The notes under the pieces were generated by a model. The model did not search any database, was not told the DNA's origin, and saw only the letters and a list, made by a program, of their open reading frames with translations. The translations under genes and the position numbers were made by a program. Positions 8,901 through 17,881 of a stretch of 64,000 nt of DNA are shown piece by piece. Positions within the stretch are counted from its first letter, which is position 1. Each line of letters opens with the position of its first letter. This stretch comes from Candidatus Sulfomarinibacteraceae bacterium (GTDB lineage: Bacteria > Acidobacteriota > Thermoanaerobaculia > Thermoanaerobaculales > Sulfomarinibacteraceae): contig CAWCLO010000001.1 of the NCBI GenBank assembly GCA_963796455.1, positions 1 through 64,000 on the forward strand, read 5' to 3'.

Positions 8901-10280
8901 TCAGCGCCGCATGGCCTCCTCGACCTCGTCCACCGTTTTCGGGATTCCTGGGCCGAGCACGCGGTTGCCATCCTCGGTGATCAACACGTCATCTTCGATC
9001 CGGATGCCGCCGAAATCCCGGTAGGACTCGAGCCGTTCGTAGTCGATGAAGTCCCTGTGCATCTCATCGGTCCGCCACCGGTCGATGAGGGCCGGGATGA
9101 AATAGATGCCCGGCTCGACGGTAATCACGAATCCGGGCTCGAGCTGTCGGGCCAACCGGAGATAGGCCAAACCGAACTGGGTCGAACGCTCTTCACCGCG
9201 GGCATAACCCACCACGTCGCCGAGGTCCTCCATGTCGTGAACGTCGATCCCCATCATGTGCCCGAGGCCGTGAACAAAAAAGAGCGCGTGGGCGCCGGCC
9301 GCAACCGCCTCCTCCACGTCCCCCTTCATCAGCCCGATATCCTTGAGGCCCGATGTGATGGTGGTGGCGGCCAGCAGATGGAGGTCGCGATTCGATTGCT
9401 GCGGAGACGCGGCTGCGATCGCCGCCATCTGGGCATTCAAAACAACCTCATAGACCTCGCGCTGCTGTTGCGAAAAGCGACCCGAGACCGGCATGGTTCG
9501 TGTGATGTCCGACGCGTAGGAACGCGGAGATTCCGCGCCCGAATCCACCAGCAACAATTTGCCGTCCTGGAGGGTGTTCGAGTACGTGGTGTTGTGGAGA
9601 ACCTCACCGGCCACAGTCACGATCGGGTTGAAGGCCTGTTGTCGATCCCTGGATACGGCCTCCGACGTATGAATTGCAACGACCTCGGCCTCGGTCAATC
9701 CGGCTCGCGCGGCGCCCATCGTGGCCCGGTACATCCGGGCTGTGACCGTCAGGGCATCTTCGATTTCCGCGATCTCGCCGGCCTCTTTGACCGACCGTTG
9801 CTTGGAAACAGCACGCACCAGATCCACCGATGTCCTGGCCGCCACCTCGCGTGGATCGAGCCCGAGCAGACGGGCCAGGGAAAAGCGCCTCTGGGCACGA
9901 TACGGCGGCAGAAAATGGATGACCGCTCCACCGCCGGCGAGCACGGCGAGCCGCTCTCCCAGAATCCCGATGTCTTCAGTGTCGGACAACCCGGCAGCAG
10001 CAGCAAAATCGTCAAGCGTGTCGTGCGGCCCGTGCCAGATGATGTCGTCGCGATGGTCGGGGGTGCCATAGAGCACCGCGTTGCCATCGGGCTCGATCAA
10101 AAGCGCCAAACCAGCGTGGTTGACGCCCGCATAGTAGAGAAAATGGGAATCCTGGCGAAAGGGATAGACGTTGTCGGCATAGTTTTTCGGCACCTCGTCG
10201 TTGCCCATGATGAGGATCGCGCCCTCGGGCACCGCCTGACGAAGACTTTCCCGTCGCGCCGTGTACGTACTGGCTTCCAT
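8901..10280 (-). CDS. pepP: Xaa-Pro aminopeptidase (aminopeptidase P, M24)
   Basis: FRQDSHFLYY, YASDITRT, HGLGHMMGIDVHD, TVEPGIYF, GIRIEDD; GGAGG RBS. Confidence 0.92.
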   Translation of the reverse strand: MEASTYTARRESLRQAVPEGAILIMGNDEVPKNYADNVYPFRQDSHFLYYAGVNHAGLALLIEPDGNAVLYGTPDHRDDIIWHGPHDTLDDFAAAAGLSDTEDIGILGERLAVLAGGGAVIHFLPPYRAQRRFSLARLLGLDPREVAARTSVDLVRAVSKQRSVKEAGEIAEIEDALTVTARMYRATMGAARAGLTEAEVVAIHTSEAVSRDRQQAFNPIVTVAGEVLHNTTYSNTLQDGKLLLVDSGAESPRSYASDITRTMPVSGRFSQQQREVYEVVLNAQMAAIAAASPQQSNRDLHLLAATTITSGLKDIGLMKGDVEEAVAAGAHALFFVHGLGHMMGIDVHDMEDLGDVVGYARGEERSTQFGLAYLRLARQLEPGFVITVEPGIYFIPALIDRWRTDEMHRDFIDYERLESYRDFGGIRIEDDVLITEDGNRVLGPGIPKTVDEVEEAMRR

Positions 10281-10348
10281 GCTGGCCACCTCCGGTGATT
10301 TCATTATGCACCATTCCCTTCCGACTGGCAGAGGGGCGGAGGGGCAGA

Positions 10349-10443
10349 GGAGAAAGGGAGAAAGGGAGAAAGGGAGAAAGGGAGAGACCCCGTCGCTCGA
10401 TGCTCGATGCTCGATGCTGGATGCTGGATGCAGGATGCAGGAT
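10349..10443 (+). repeat. (GGAGAAAG)4 octamer array followed by (GATGCWS)6 heptamer array
   Basis: Read directly; the octamer has an inverted partner (CTTTCTCC)3 at 11785-11808. Confidence 0.95.
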
Positions 10444-10899
10444 CACTCTTGTCCAAGACAGAGTCTCGGATAGCGAACAGGGACAGCGACAGAGATCAGG
10501 AGTCAGCGGCAGCAATCAGTCATCAGCGTCAGTGATCAGCGGCCGGGACAGCGAACAGCATTCACTTCTTCGGGTTCCGGCCTTTGTGGTGCGGCCGTCT
10601 CGGCCGCACGGTGTGCAGGCGAGACGCCTACACCACAACGGCTGTTCCTTCTGTTGAACCACCCGGAGGAGGCCACTTCGTCGCCTGGACTCCTGATCGC
10701 TGCCGCTGAACACTGATCGCTGAACCCGGTCGTCGCTCCCTGTCGCTGTCGCTGGAAACTGTCGCTGCCGCTGCAATTCGGGATCGGGATCGAAATCGGG
10801 TACGGGCCAACCGCGAACCGGATATGCCAAAAACCAACCCGTAAACCACGTGTTGTCAGTTGGCTAACTTCAGGTGGCGATCTGTTTTGGACAGCAGTG
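10444..10899 (-). mobile_element. CACT...AGTG TIR element, gene-less derivative containing a REP-like doublet
   Basis: Ends CACTCTTGTCCAAGACAG / CTGTTTTGGACAGCAGTG flanked by AT within a heptamer array; homologous to 36284-36849 and 57858-58715. Confidence 0.8.
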
Positions 10900-10934
10900 A
10901 TGCAGGATACTGGATGCAGGATGCTGGATGCAGG

Positions 10935-11653
10935 CAGAGTTTCGGATAGCGTGCAGGGACAGCGACGGGGAACGGCGGACAGCGTCAGCGAACGGTTGTC
11001 AGGGTCAGCGATCAGCTATCAACAGCAGCGACGGGTAACAGCGCTCACATTTTCGGGTTCAAGAGCCGCCAGGTCATCGCACGGACCTGATCGAACGCCT
11101 TCATCGCATCAAGGGCGGCTGTTCGGCTGATTGCCCCGGCGTGGGCGAGGAGCATTAAGTGGCTGTCGACCTCTTTGGCCGAGGCGTACGCGATTCTCCA
11201 GTGGTTCAACCGGTCTCTACCGAATCGGCCGTGCCCTTCTGCCAGGTTCGCAGGGACTGAACTTGCCGACCGGATCACCTGATCGGCTATGGACTTCAGT
11301 GGAGCTGGAACCCTCATCACGAGTTTGATCGCAATTCCTGCTGCTTCGAGGGCTTTCGAGTGGGCAGACGAGGTTGGTGTTCGTGGCGGCGTTGGACATG
11401 GTCACCTCCGGGTCGTTCATGCCCATTCCCACAAGCCGGTGTGGCGGCCGATGTCAAGGATGCCCCGCACCCTGCCTGTCCTTGACATCGGCCGCCCACC
11501 GGCTACCCCTTCCTTGGAACGACCCGGAGGTGGCCACTGCGCCGCATGAAATCCAGACTGCTGCCGCTGCTCTCCGTCGCTGAACACTGACCTCTGTCCC
11601 TGTTCGCTGTTTCCTGTCGCTGTCGCTGGACACTGTCGCTGCCCCTGCAAATT
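10935..11653 (-). mobile_element. End-truncated copy of the four-helix-bundle element
   Basis: CAGCGN/NCGCTG arms, 5' leader hairpin and gene homologous to 57858-58715; terminal TIRs missing. Confidence 0.75.
11045..11399 (-). pseudogene. Four-helix-bundle protein (23S-IVP/Avd-like family), frameshifted
   Basis: ADQVIRSASSVPANLAEGHGR..IAYASAKEV motif; one extra base at about 11367 relative to intact paralog 58259-58612. Confidence 0.85.
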
Positions 11654-11823
11654 GGACAAGGGGGCAGAGGAGCAAAGAACCGCCCGGCATCCTCGCTATC
11701 GCTATCGGGATCGCTATCGCTATCGAACGGACCGCGAAGCTCAGGACGAGCCCGGTCGCCCTTGTTCCCTCTCTCCCCTGCCCCCTTTCTCCCTTTCTCC
11801 CTTTCTCCGCTACGATATCCACC

Positions 11824-13758
11824 ATGGCAAGCAAGCTCACGGCCCGCCTGCAAACACTCTTCGTCCTCATCGGTCTCGTGATTCTCTTCGGAATCGCGTC
11901 ACCCCATTTCTTTTCCACCGACAACCTCCTCAACGTGATGCAACAGTCGGCGATCAACGCGATCCTCGGGATCGGTCTGACATTCGTCATCATCTCGGGG
12001 GGCATCGATCTGTCGGTGGGCTCGATCCTGGCTCTGTGCGGTCTGGTGGTGGCCGATCTACTGGTGGCTGGCCATTCGAGCTTTGTGGCAATCGGCGTCG
12101 GCCTCCTGGTCGGCCTCGGGTGCGGAGCGATCAGTGGCCTGGTGACGACTCTCGGCCGCATCCCACCATTTATCGCGACCCTGGGCATGATGCTCATCGC
12201 CCGCAGCGCCGCCAAGATCTATTCCGGTTCGAAACCGATCAGCGGTCTGCCCGAATCGTTCCGCTCCCTCTCCGGCGATCTGGCCGGTGTCCCGGTGATG
12301 GTGATCGTGGTCGCCGTCATGTATGTCCTCGCCCACCAGGTGCTGACCCGAACCAAGCTCGGCCGCTATACCTACGCCATCGGCGGCAACGAACAGGCGG
12401 CGTGGCTTTCAGGTGTGCCGGTGGGCCGTTATAAAGTCGCGATCTACGCCCTGTCAGGTCTGATGGCCGGCGCGGCCGCGGTGCTGATGACGTCGCGCCT
12501 CAACGCGGCCTCACCGCTCTCCGGTGAAATGTACGAGCTCTATGCCATCGCGGCAGCGGTCATCGGTGGCGTCAGCCTGATGGGTGGCGAAGGACGGATG
12601 ATCGGCACGCTGATCGGTGCGCTCATCATGGGCACGCTGCGCAACGGCCTCAACGCCCTCAATGTGTCCTCTGCGCTCGAAGGCATGGTGGTCGGTGGTG
12701 TCCTCATCGCAGCGGTGATCCTGGACCGCGCACGCCACCACAACGCGGGCAAGGGGCCGGCTCAGGGTTGGAAACGCCACCGGAAGACCCTTCTCATCGG
12801 CATCGTGACCGCGGCCCTGCTTGCATCGGCCGTGGCCTTCAGAAAATCATCGAATGTGATGAACGACTCGAAGGTACTGACCGTCGCCTTTGTGCCCAAA
12901 GCATTGAATTCGCCCTTCTGGGCCGAGATGGAGGAGGCCGCCGAACGGGAGGCGGCCGCGCAGGGAGTCCGTCTCATCGCCCTCGCCGCCGAGCGAGAAA
13001 CCGATGTCGAGCGTCAATATCAGATCATCGAAAATCTGATTCAACAGGACGTGGACGCCATCTTGCTGTCCCCGTCGGGATCGAAGGAACTGGTCCCGGC
13101 GATTCTCCTTGCCAACGAGGCCGGCATCCCCATTCTGCTTCTCGACACCAGAATCGATCAGGAAACCGCAGACGCCGCCGGCGCTCGAACGATCACCTAC
13201 ATCGGGTCGGACAATTTCGAGGGCGGCGCCGTGGCCGGGCGGTACTTCGCCGCCAGACTCGGTGGCACGGGCAAGGTGGCGATCATCGAGGGGATTTCGG
13301 GCCATGAAACCGCCGATCAACGGCGTCTCGGTTTTCTCGCAGGCATTGCGGACTCTCCGGGAATCGAGGTGGTCGCCAGCCAGACCGCCAACTGGGAACG
13401 GGCGCGGGCCTATTCGGTGGCGGAGAATCTCCTCCAGGCCCACCCCGATCTCGACGCCATCTTTGCTGCCAACGACGAAATGGCCCTGGGCGCTCTGGAG
13501 GCGGCGGATGCCGCTCACCGTCTCGATCACGTGCAGGTGATCGGCTTTGACGCGATACCGGATGCTCTGGCCAATATCCGTTCGGGAAGGATGTTGGGTT
13601 CGGTGGCCCAGTTCCCGAGCGAGATGGGCCGGCTCGGGGTGCTCCACGCGGTGGCCCTCATCCGCGATTCCCAGATGCCGCCATTGGAAGTCCTCACCCG
13701 CGTCGAGTTGATCGACCGCGACTCCGTAGAAGCCTTTGCCAAGGAGGGAGTGCAGTGA
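11824..13758 (+). CDS. Sugar ABC transporter: RbsC-like permease fused to RbsB-like substrate-binding domain
   Basis: GGIDLSVGS, GRYTYAIGGNEQAA, AIAAAVIGG in the N-half; YIGSDNFEGG, FAANDEMALGA, VIGFD in the C-half. Confidence 0.9.
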   Translation: MASKLTARLQTLFVLIGLVILFGIASPHFFSTDNLLNVMQQSAINAILGIGLTFVIISGGIDLSVGSILALCGLVVADLLVAGHSSFVAIGVGLLVGLGCGAISGLVTTLGRIPPFIATLGMMLIARSAAKIYSGSKPISGLPESFRSLSGDLAGVPVMVIVVAVMYVLAHQVLTRTKLGRYTYAIGGNEQAAWLSGVPVGRYKVAIYALSGLMAGAAAVLMTSRLNAASPLSGEMYELYAIAAAVIGGVSLMGGEGRMIGTLIGALIMGTLRNGLNALNVSSALEGMVVGGVLIAAVILDRARHHNAGKGPAQGWKRHRKTLLIGIVTAALLASAVAFRKSSNVMNDSKVLTVAFVPKALNSPFWAEMEEAAEREAAAQGVRLIALAAERETDVERQYQIIENLIQQDVDAILLSPSGSKELVPAILLANEAGIPILLLDTRIDQETADAAGARTITYIGSDNFEGGAVAGRYFAARLGGTGKVAIIEGISGHETADQRRLGFLAGIADSPGIEVVASQTANWERARAYSVAENLLQAHPDLDAIFAANDEMALGALEAADAAHRLDHVQVIGFDAIPDALANIRSGRMLGSVAQFPSEMGRLGVLHAVALIRDSQMPPLEVLTRVELIDRDSVEAFAKEGVQ

Positions 13759-15251
13759 AGAGCGTGCCGCCGATCCTGAGCATGGAGGGCATCTGCAAAG
13801 GCTTTCCGGGTGTTCAGGCCCTGCAGGACGCCAGGCTCGAGGTCCGAGAGGGAGAGGTTCATATCCTGCTCGGAGAAAACGGTGCCGGCAAATCCACCTT
13901 GATGAAGATTCTGTGTGGGCAGTATGAGGCGGACGAAGGGTCCACAACGTTCGCGGAGCGGTCGATCGCGCCGGAGAGCCCGATGGAGGCGGAATTGTGC
14001 GGCCTCGTCATGATCCATCAGGAACTCAACCTGGTGCACGGTTTGACGGTCGCCGAGAACATCTTCCTCGGGCACGAACCGACCCGCGGCGGCCTGATCC
14101 AGGGTGATGCGATGGGCCGCAGGTCTCGTGAGCTGCTGCAGCGACTCGGTTGCGAGGTCGATCCCGACACGATTGTTGCCGAACTCTCCGTAGCGGAACA
14201 ACAGCTGGTGGAGATCGCGCGGGCACTCAGAACAAATGCCCGCCTCCTGGTCATGGATGAGCCCACCGCAGCACTCTCGGACAAAGAAATCGACGCCCTC
14301 TTCAATGTCATCCGGTCGCTGTGCAGCGAAGGGGTGCCGGTCATTTTCATATCCCACCGGATGAAAGAGATTTTTTCCATTGGTGATCGCGTCACCGTGA
14401 TGCGGGATGGGCACACGGTCGGCACACACCCGGTCGACGAGACCTCGGTCGGCGAGCTGATCCAGATGATGGTCGGGCGGACCATCGCCGAGCAGATCCA
14501 CAAACGCGAGGTTCCTCTGGGGGAAGCCATCCTCGAAGTGGAAGACCTGAGCAAAGACGGGGTCCTCGAAGCGGCGAATCTCTCCATTCGGGCCGGCGAG
14601 ATCCTTGGAGTCGCGGGTCTGATGGGCTCTGGAAGGACCGCATTGGCCCGCCTCATCTTTGGCGCCGACCGCCCGGATCGTGGAGTAGTGAAGATCGCCG
14701 GGAAGACTCTTGTCCGCGGAACGCCGGACGAAGCGATCGGGGCCGGTCTGGGATTCCTCACCGAGGACCGCAAACAGCAGGGTCTGATCCTCCAGCTCTC
14801 GGTTGCCGAGAACATTACCCTCACAAATCTTGACGAGATTTCTCGATTCGGGGTGCTCGATCTTCGCGGCGAACGGCTCCAGGCCCGGACAATGGTGGAT
14901 CGACTCAACATCCGGGCCGCGTCAATCGACCAGATCTCGGTCGATCTGTCGGGCGGCAATCAGCAGAAGGTCGTCCTGGCTCGATGGATCGCGGCCCGCT
15001 GCCGGGTGTTGCTTTTCGACGAACCGACCCGTGGAATCGACGTCGGGGCAAAGGCCGAGATCTACGAACTCATCGGCGAACTGGTCGAACAGGGCGTGGC
15101 CGTTCTCCTCATTTCGAGCGAGATGCCCGAACTTCTGGGCCTCGCCGATCGGGTGGCGGTGATGCATGACGGTGCCATCCGGGGCGTGCTTCCCCGATCC
15201 GAGGCGAGCCAGGAACGCATCATGGAGATGGCGCTGCAATCCACCGCGTGA
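13755..15251 (+). CDS. Sugar ABC transporter ATP-binding protein (RbsA-like, two ABC domains)
   Basis: GENGAGKST, MDEPT, LSGGNQQKV, DEPTRGIDVGAK. Confidence 0.93.
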   Translation: MKSVPPILSMEGICKGFPGVQALQDARLEVREGEVHILLGENGAGKSTLMKILCGQYEADEGSTTFAERSIAPESPMEAELCGLVMIHQELNLVHGLTVAENIFLGHEPTRGGLIQGDAMGRRSRELLQRLGCEVDPDTIVAELSVAEQQLVEIARALRTNARLLVMDEPTAALSDKEIDALFNVIRSLCSEGVPVIFISHRMKEIFSIGDRVTVMRDGHTVGTHPVDETSVGELIQMMVGRTIAEQIHKREVPLGEAILEVEDLSKDGVLEAANLSIRAGEILGVAGLMGSGRTALARLIFGADRPDRGVVKIAGKTLVRGTPDEAIGAGLGFLTEDRKQQGLILQLSVAENITLTNLDEISRFGVLDLRGERLQARTMVDRLNIRAASIDQISVDLSGGNQQKVVLARWIAARCRVLLFDEPTRGIDVGAKAEIYELIGELVEQGVAVLLISSEMPELLGLADRVAVMHDGAIRGVLPRSEASQERIMEMALQSTA

Positions 15252-15295
15252 TTTGCTGTTGAAGGAATGGGTCGAATCGCACTTTTCCGAGACGG

Positions 15296-15500
15296 TGTTT
15301 CGGTCAGCGATCAGGGACAGCGATGGGAAACAGCGGACAGCGCTCACGTTTTCGGGTTCAATAGGCGCCAGGTCATCGCACGGACTTGAACGACCCGGAG
15401 GTGGCCACTGCGTCGCCTGTACTCCTGACCGCTGCCGCTGGATACTGACCGCTGTCCCTGTTCGCTGTTCCCTGACGCTGAACACTGTCGCTGCCCCTGA
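15296..15500 (-). mobile_element. Internally deleted remnant of the four-helix-bundle element
   Basis: Gene 3' end (..QVRAMTWRLLNPKT*) joined at about 15386 directly to the upstream GAACGACCCGGAGGTGGCCAC arm. Confidence 0.8.
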
Positions 15501-15521
15501 AATCCTGGCAATGGGATCCAA

Positions 15522-16136
15522 TCAACCCTCCAGCAACCCGAGGCGATGCAGCCGAGCACCGAGAGCTTTGATTCCATCGACCTCGAAGGCCGTGAGTCCA
15601 GCTCCCCTGGCAGCTTGAACGTTGACTGAAGTGTCGTCGAAAAACGCGATCCTCGGCGCCGGGACACCGAGATCCCGGACCACGAATTCATAGATCTCGC
15701 GATCCGGTTTGACCATCCCGATTTCGTTCGAAAAATAAAACTCTTCAAACAGGTCTTCGACCCCATTTCGGTGAATCGCCGTATGGAGCTCGTTCGAGTT
15801 GCTGAGGCACGCAACCCTGATCCCGCTGGTGATCTGTTCGAGAAGAGACCGCGCACCCGGATAGGGACCACGCGCCCAACCCACGAAGTCCGAAAGAAAA
15901 ATACCCGGTTCGAGATCGATCTGGAGCTCGTCGATCACTCCCCGGGCAAACAGCTGCGCATCGCAATGCCCCCGTTCAAAACGCTGCACCGATTCCGAGT
16001 TGATCCACCGCTCACGAATCTCTCCCCGATCGGGAGCCCCGGGCATCAACCGGCCCAACTCGTCAAATCCAGCGAAATCGATCAGGACACCGCCGAGATC
16101 AAAGAGCAGAACGTCGAAATTGTTTTTCGTGGTCAC
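15522..16136 (-). CDS. HAD-superfamily phosphatase (YihX-like)
   Basis: FDLGGV, LSNSN, KPDREIY, FFDD..NV motifs. Confidence 0.88.
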   Translation of the reverse strand: MTTKNNFDVLLFDLGGVLIDFAGFDELGRLMPGAPDRGEIRERWINSESVQRFERGHCDAQLFARGVIDELQIDLEPGIFLSDFVGWARGPYPGARSLLEQITSGIRVACLSNSNELHTAIHRNGVEDLFEEFYFSNEIGMVKPDREIYEFVVRDLGVPAPRIAFFDDTSVNVQAARGAGLTAFEVDGIKALGARLHRLGLLEG

Positions 16137-16160
16137 CGTTTCATCTCCGAAAGTGAAAAC

Positions 16161-16182
16161 GGGCGCCGGGAATCCGGCGCCC
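16161..16182 (-). terminator. Likely intrinsic terminator downstream of the phytase transcript
   Basis: GGGCGCCGG-4 nt-CCGGCGCCC stem followed by GTTTT on the minus strand. Confidence 0.55.
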
Positions 16183-16236
16183 TTTCAACTGTAGCGAATG
16201 ATCAGAGTGCGAGCCAGCAATTCACGCGGTGGATTG

Positions 16237-16701
16237 TCAGCCGAAGATCTCCTTGAAACGACCGACGGACGCGCGGAATCCGTCTTCATAGGTGCCGCCA
16301 TCCGGATGGTAGACGCTCTCCAACGAGACCACACCGTCAAAGTTCTCTTCTTTGAGACCCGCAGCGATGCCCTCGAGATAGGGCGCCATCTCTGCGATAT
16401 TGAACTTGATCGAGGCATCCTCGAACATCCCGCCGCGGGTCCCCTGGAGAGCTCCGATGGCTACCGCATCCGCCATTTCGCGTTCGGTACCGAGGATGCC
16501 GCCAAAGTAGTTTTCGACGCGGATGCGGCCGGCAGTCCTCTTCTCGATCTCGGTTTTGAAAAAGACCATCGAGAGGCTGCGCGGATCTGAAGCGTTCTGT
16601 GCGTTGGCGTACCTGAAAAGAACGACATCCTCATCCGCTGCCGGGGCTGACACCGGGGTCAGCGCCCAGCAGATCAGGGTGACTGTGAGGAAACGCGTCA
16701 C
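16237..16701 (-). pseudogene. Chimeric deletion scar: DctP (TRAP SBP) N-terminus fused to sugar-phosphate isomerase/epimerase C-terminus
   Basis: aa 1-102: signal peptide and EIEKRTAGRIRVENYFGGILGTEREM; aa 103-154: FDGVVSLESVYHP TIM-barrel tail. Confidence 0.65.
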
Positions 16702-17852
16702 TCCTGGACGACGCCGTTCGGCGCCTTTTTGAGATCGTCACCTGCGATGTCATCCCACGAGTAGTAATGGAAGGTCTGGTTGTCCGACATCGCGACAAAG
16801 ATCCCCGAAGGAAAACGATCATCGAGGACTGCAGAAGTCACATCCGAGCCATCGCTTTCGTTGGTCGACACTTCGACGACTTTGATCAACTGGTGGTTGT
16901 GGGGATCATCGGGTTCGCCTTCGCGTTTGAAGACGCGGAAGGTGTTGGCCTGCTGATCGGAGACCAGGATGTAACCGGTCCCATCGTCCACCTTGTAGAT
17001 CGAAATTCCCTCGTGATCCCCCGCAAAACCTTCAGTGGCGAAGAACGCGAGTTCCTGATTCGCATCGGGCGCATCGGGGTCGGCAAGATACTTGTGAACA
17101 CCCGCCATCTCGTCGGAGTAGTAGATGAAACCGAGTTCGTTGTCGACGGCGACAGCCTCGATTTCTTTGCCGCCCACAAACTCTCCGAAGGCCCTCACCT
17201 TGCTCGCTTTGACCGTTCCATCGCCGGCATCCTCGAGCAGGTACTGCCACAGGTAGGCTCCGGAGACTCCAAATTTCCGACTGACGATGACGAAGGAGGC
17301 GCCGTCGGAAGGCCGCGTGTAGACCGCGAGACCCATCGCCCGGCGATCGTCGGTTTCTCCGACAAACGTCGGGATGCCGCCGTTGTCGATCGGTGTCATC
17401 TCCGGAAGCCGGAAAACCCGGATTTTTTCCTCGTTTCGATCCGTCGCCAGAGCGATGTCGATGGTCTCTCCGCCGAGCTGGAAGCCATAGGCGACATCGA
17501 TATTGTTCATCCGACCCATCCCACCGACGGTTTTTTCCGGGATGATCCTTCCGTCGAGATCGAAGACAAAGATCGAACCACCTTTGTCGGTGCCGAGAAT
17601 CAAGCTCGCCGCCGGGTCGTCGGGGTTGATCCAGATCGCAGGGTCGTCCGTGTCGACGGCCGTCTGCTCGGTCACCACAACGGGCTCGAGAGCCATCTTG
17701 GGACCGGTTGTTGCTGCGGGCGCTTTTTCAGTGGTGGCCTCGAGCGGAGCCTCGGAGCCTGAGCAGCCGACGAGCAAGACGAGTCCAAGAATAAGCACCA
17801 GGGATCCGGCACCGGAGCCGGTGCGGGTTGTCGATCGAATGTATCCGTTCAT
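16698..17852 (-). CDS. phy: Beta-propeller phytase (3-phytase), probable lipoprotein
   Basis: DDPAIWINP, GTDK, MNNIDV, EIEAVAVD, DHEGISIY, LVSDQQ, ESDGSDV, FPSGIFVA; lipobox LVGC. Confidence 0.92.
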   Translation of the reverse strand: MNGYIRSTTRTGSGAGSLVLILGLVLLVGCSGSEAPLEATTEKAPAATTGPKMALEPVVVTEQTAVDTDDPAIWINPDDPAASLILGTDKGGSIFVFDLDGRIIPEKTVGGMGRMNNIDVAYGFQLGGETIDIALATDRNEEKIRVFRLPEMTPIDNGGIPTFVGETDDRRAMGLAVYTRPSDGASFVIVSRKFGVSGAYLWQYLLEDAGDGTVKASKVRAFGEFVGGKEIEAVAVDNELGFIYYSDEMAGVHKYLADPDAPDANQELAFFATEGFAGDHEGISIYKVDDGTGYILVSDQQANTFRVFKREGEPDDPHNHQLIKVVEVSTNESDGSDVTSAVLDDRFPSGIFVAMSDNQTFHYYSWDDIAGDDLKKAPNGVVQE

Positions 17853-17881
17853 GAAGCTCTCCTTTGATGATCAGATTCGCG

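Noticed and set aside
8886..10298. Long antisense ORFs (also 20013-21626, 34126-35385, 38057-39658, 42911-44269, 56411-57820, 62794-63882)
   Set aside because: Shadows of well-supported genes on the opposite strand in GC-rich DNA; no recognisable motifs
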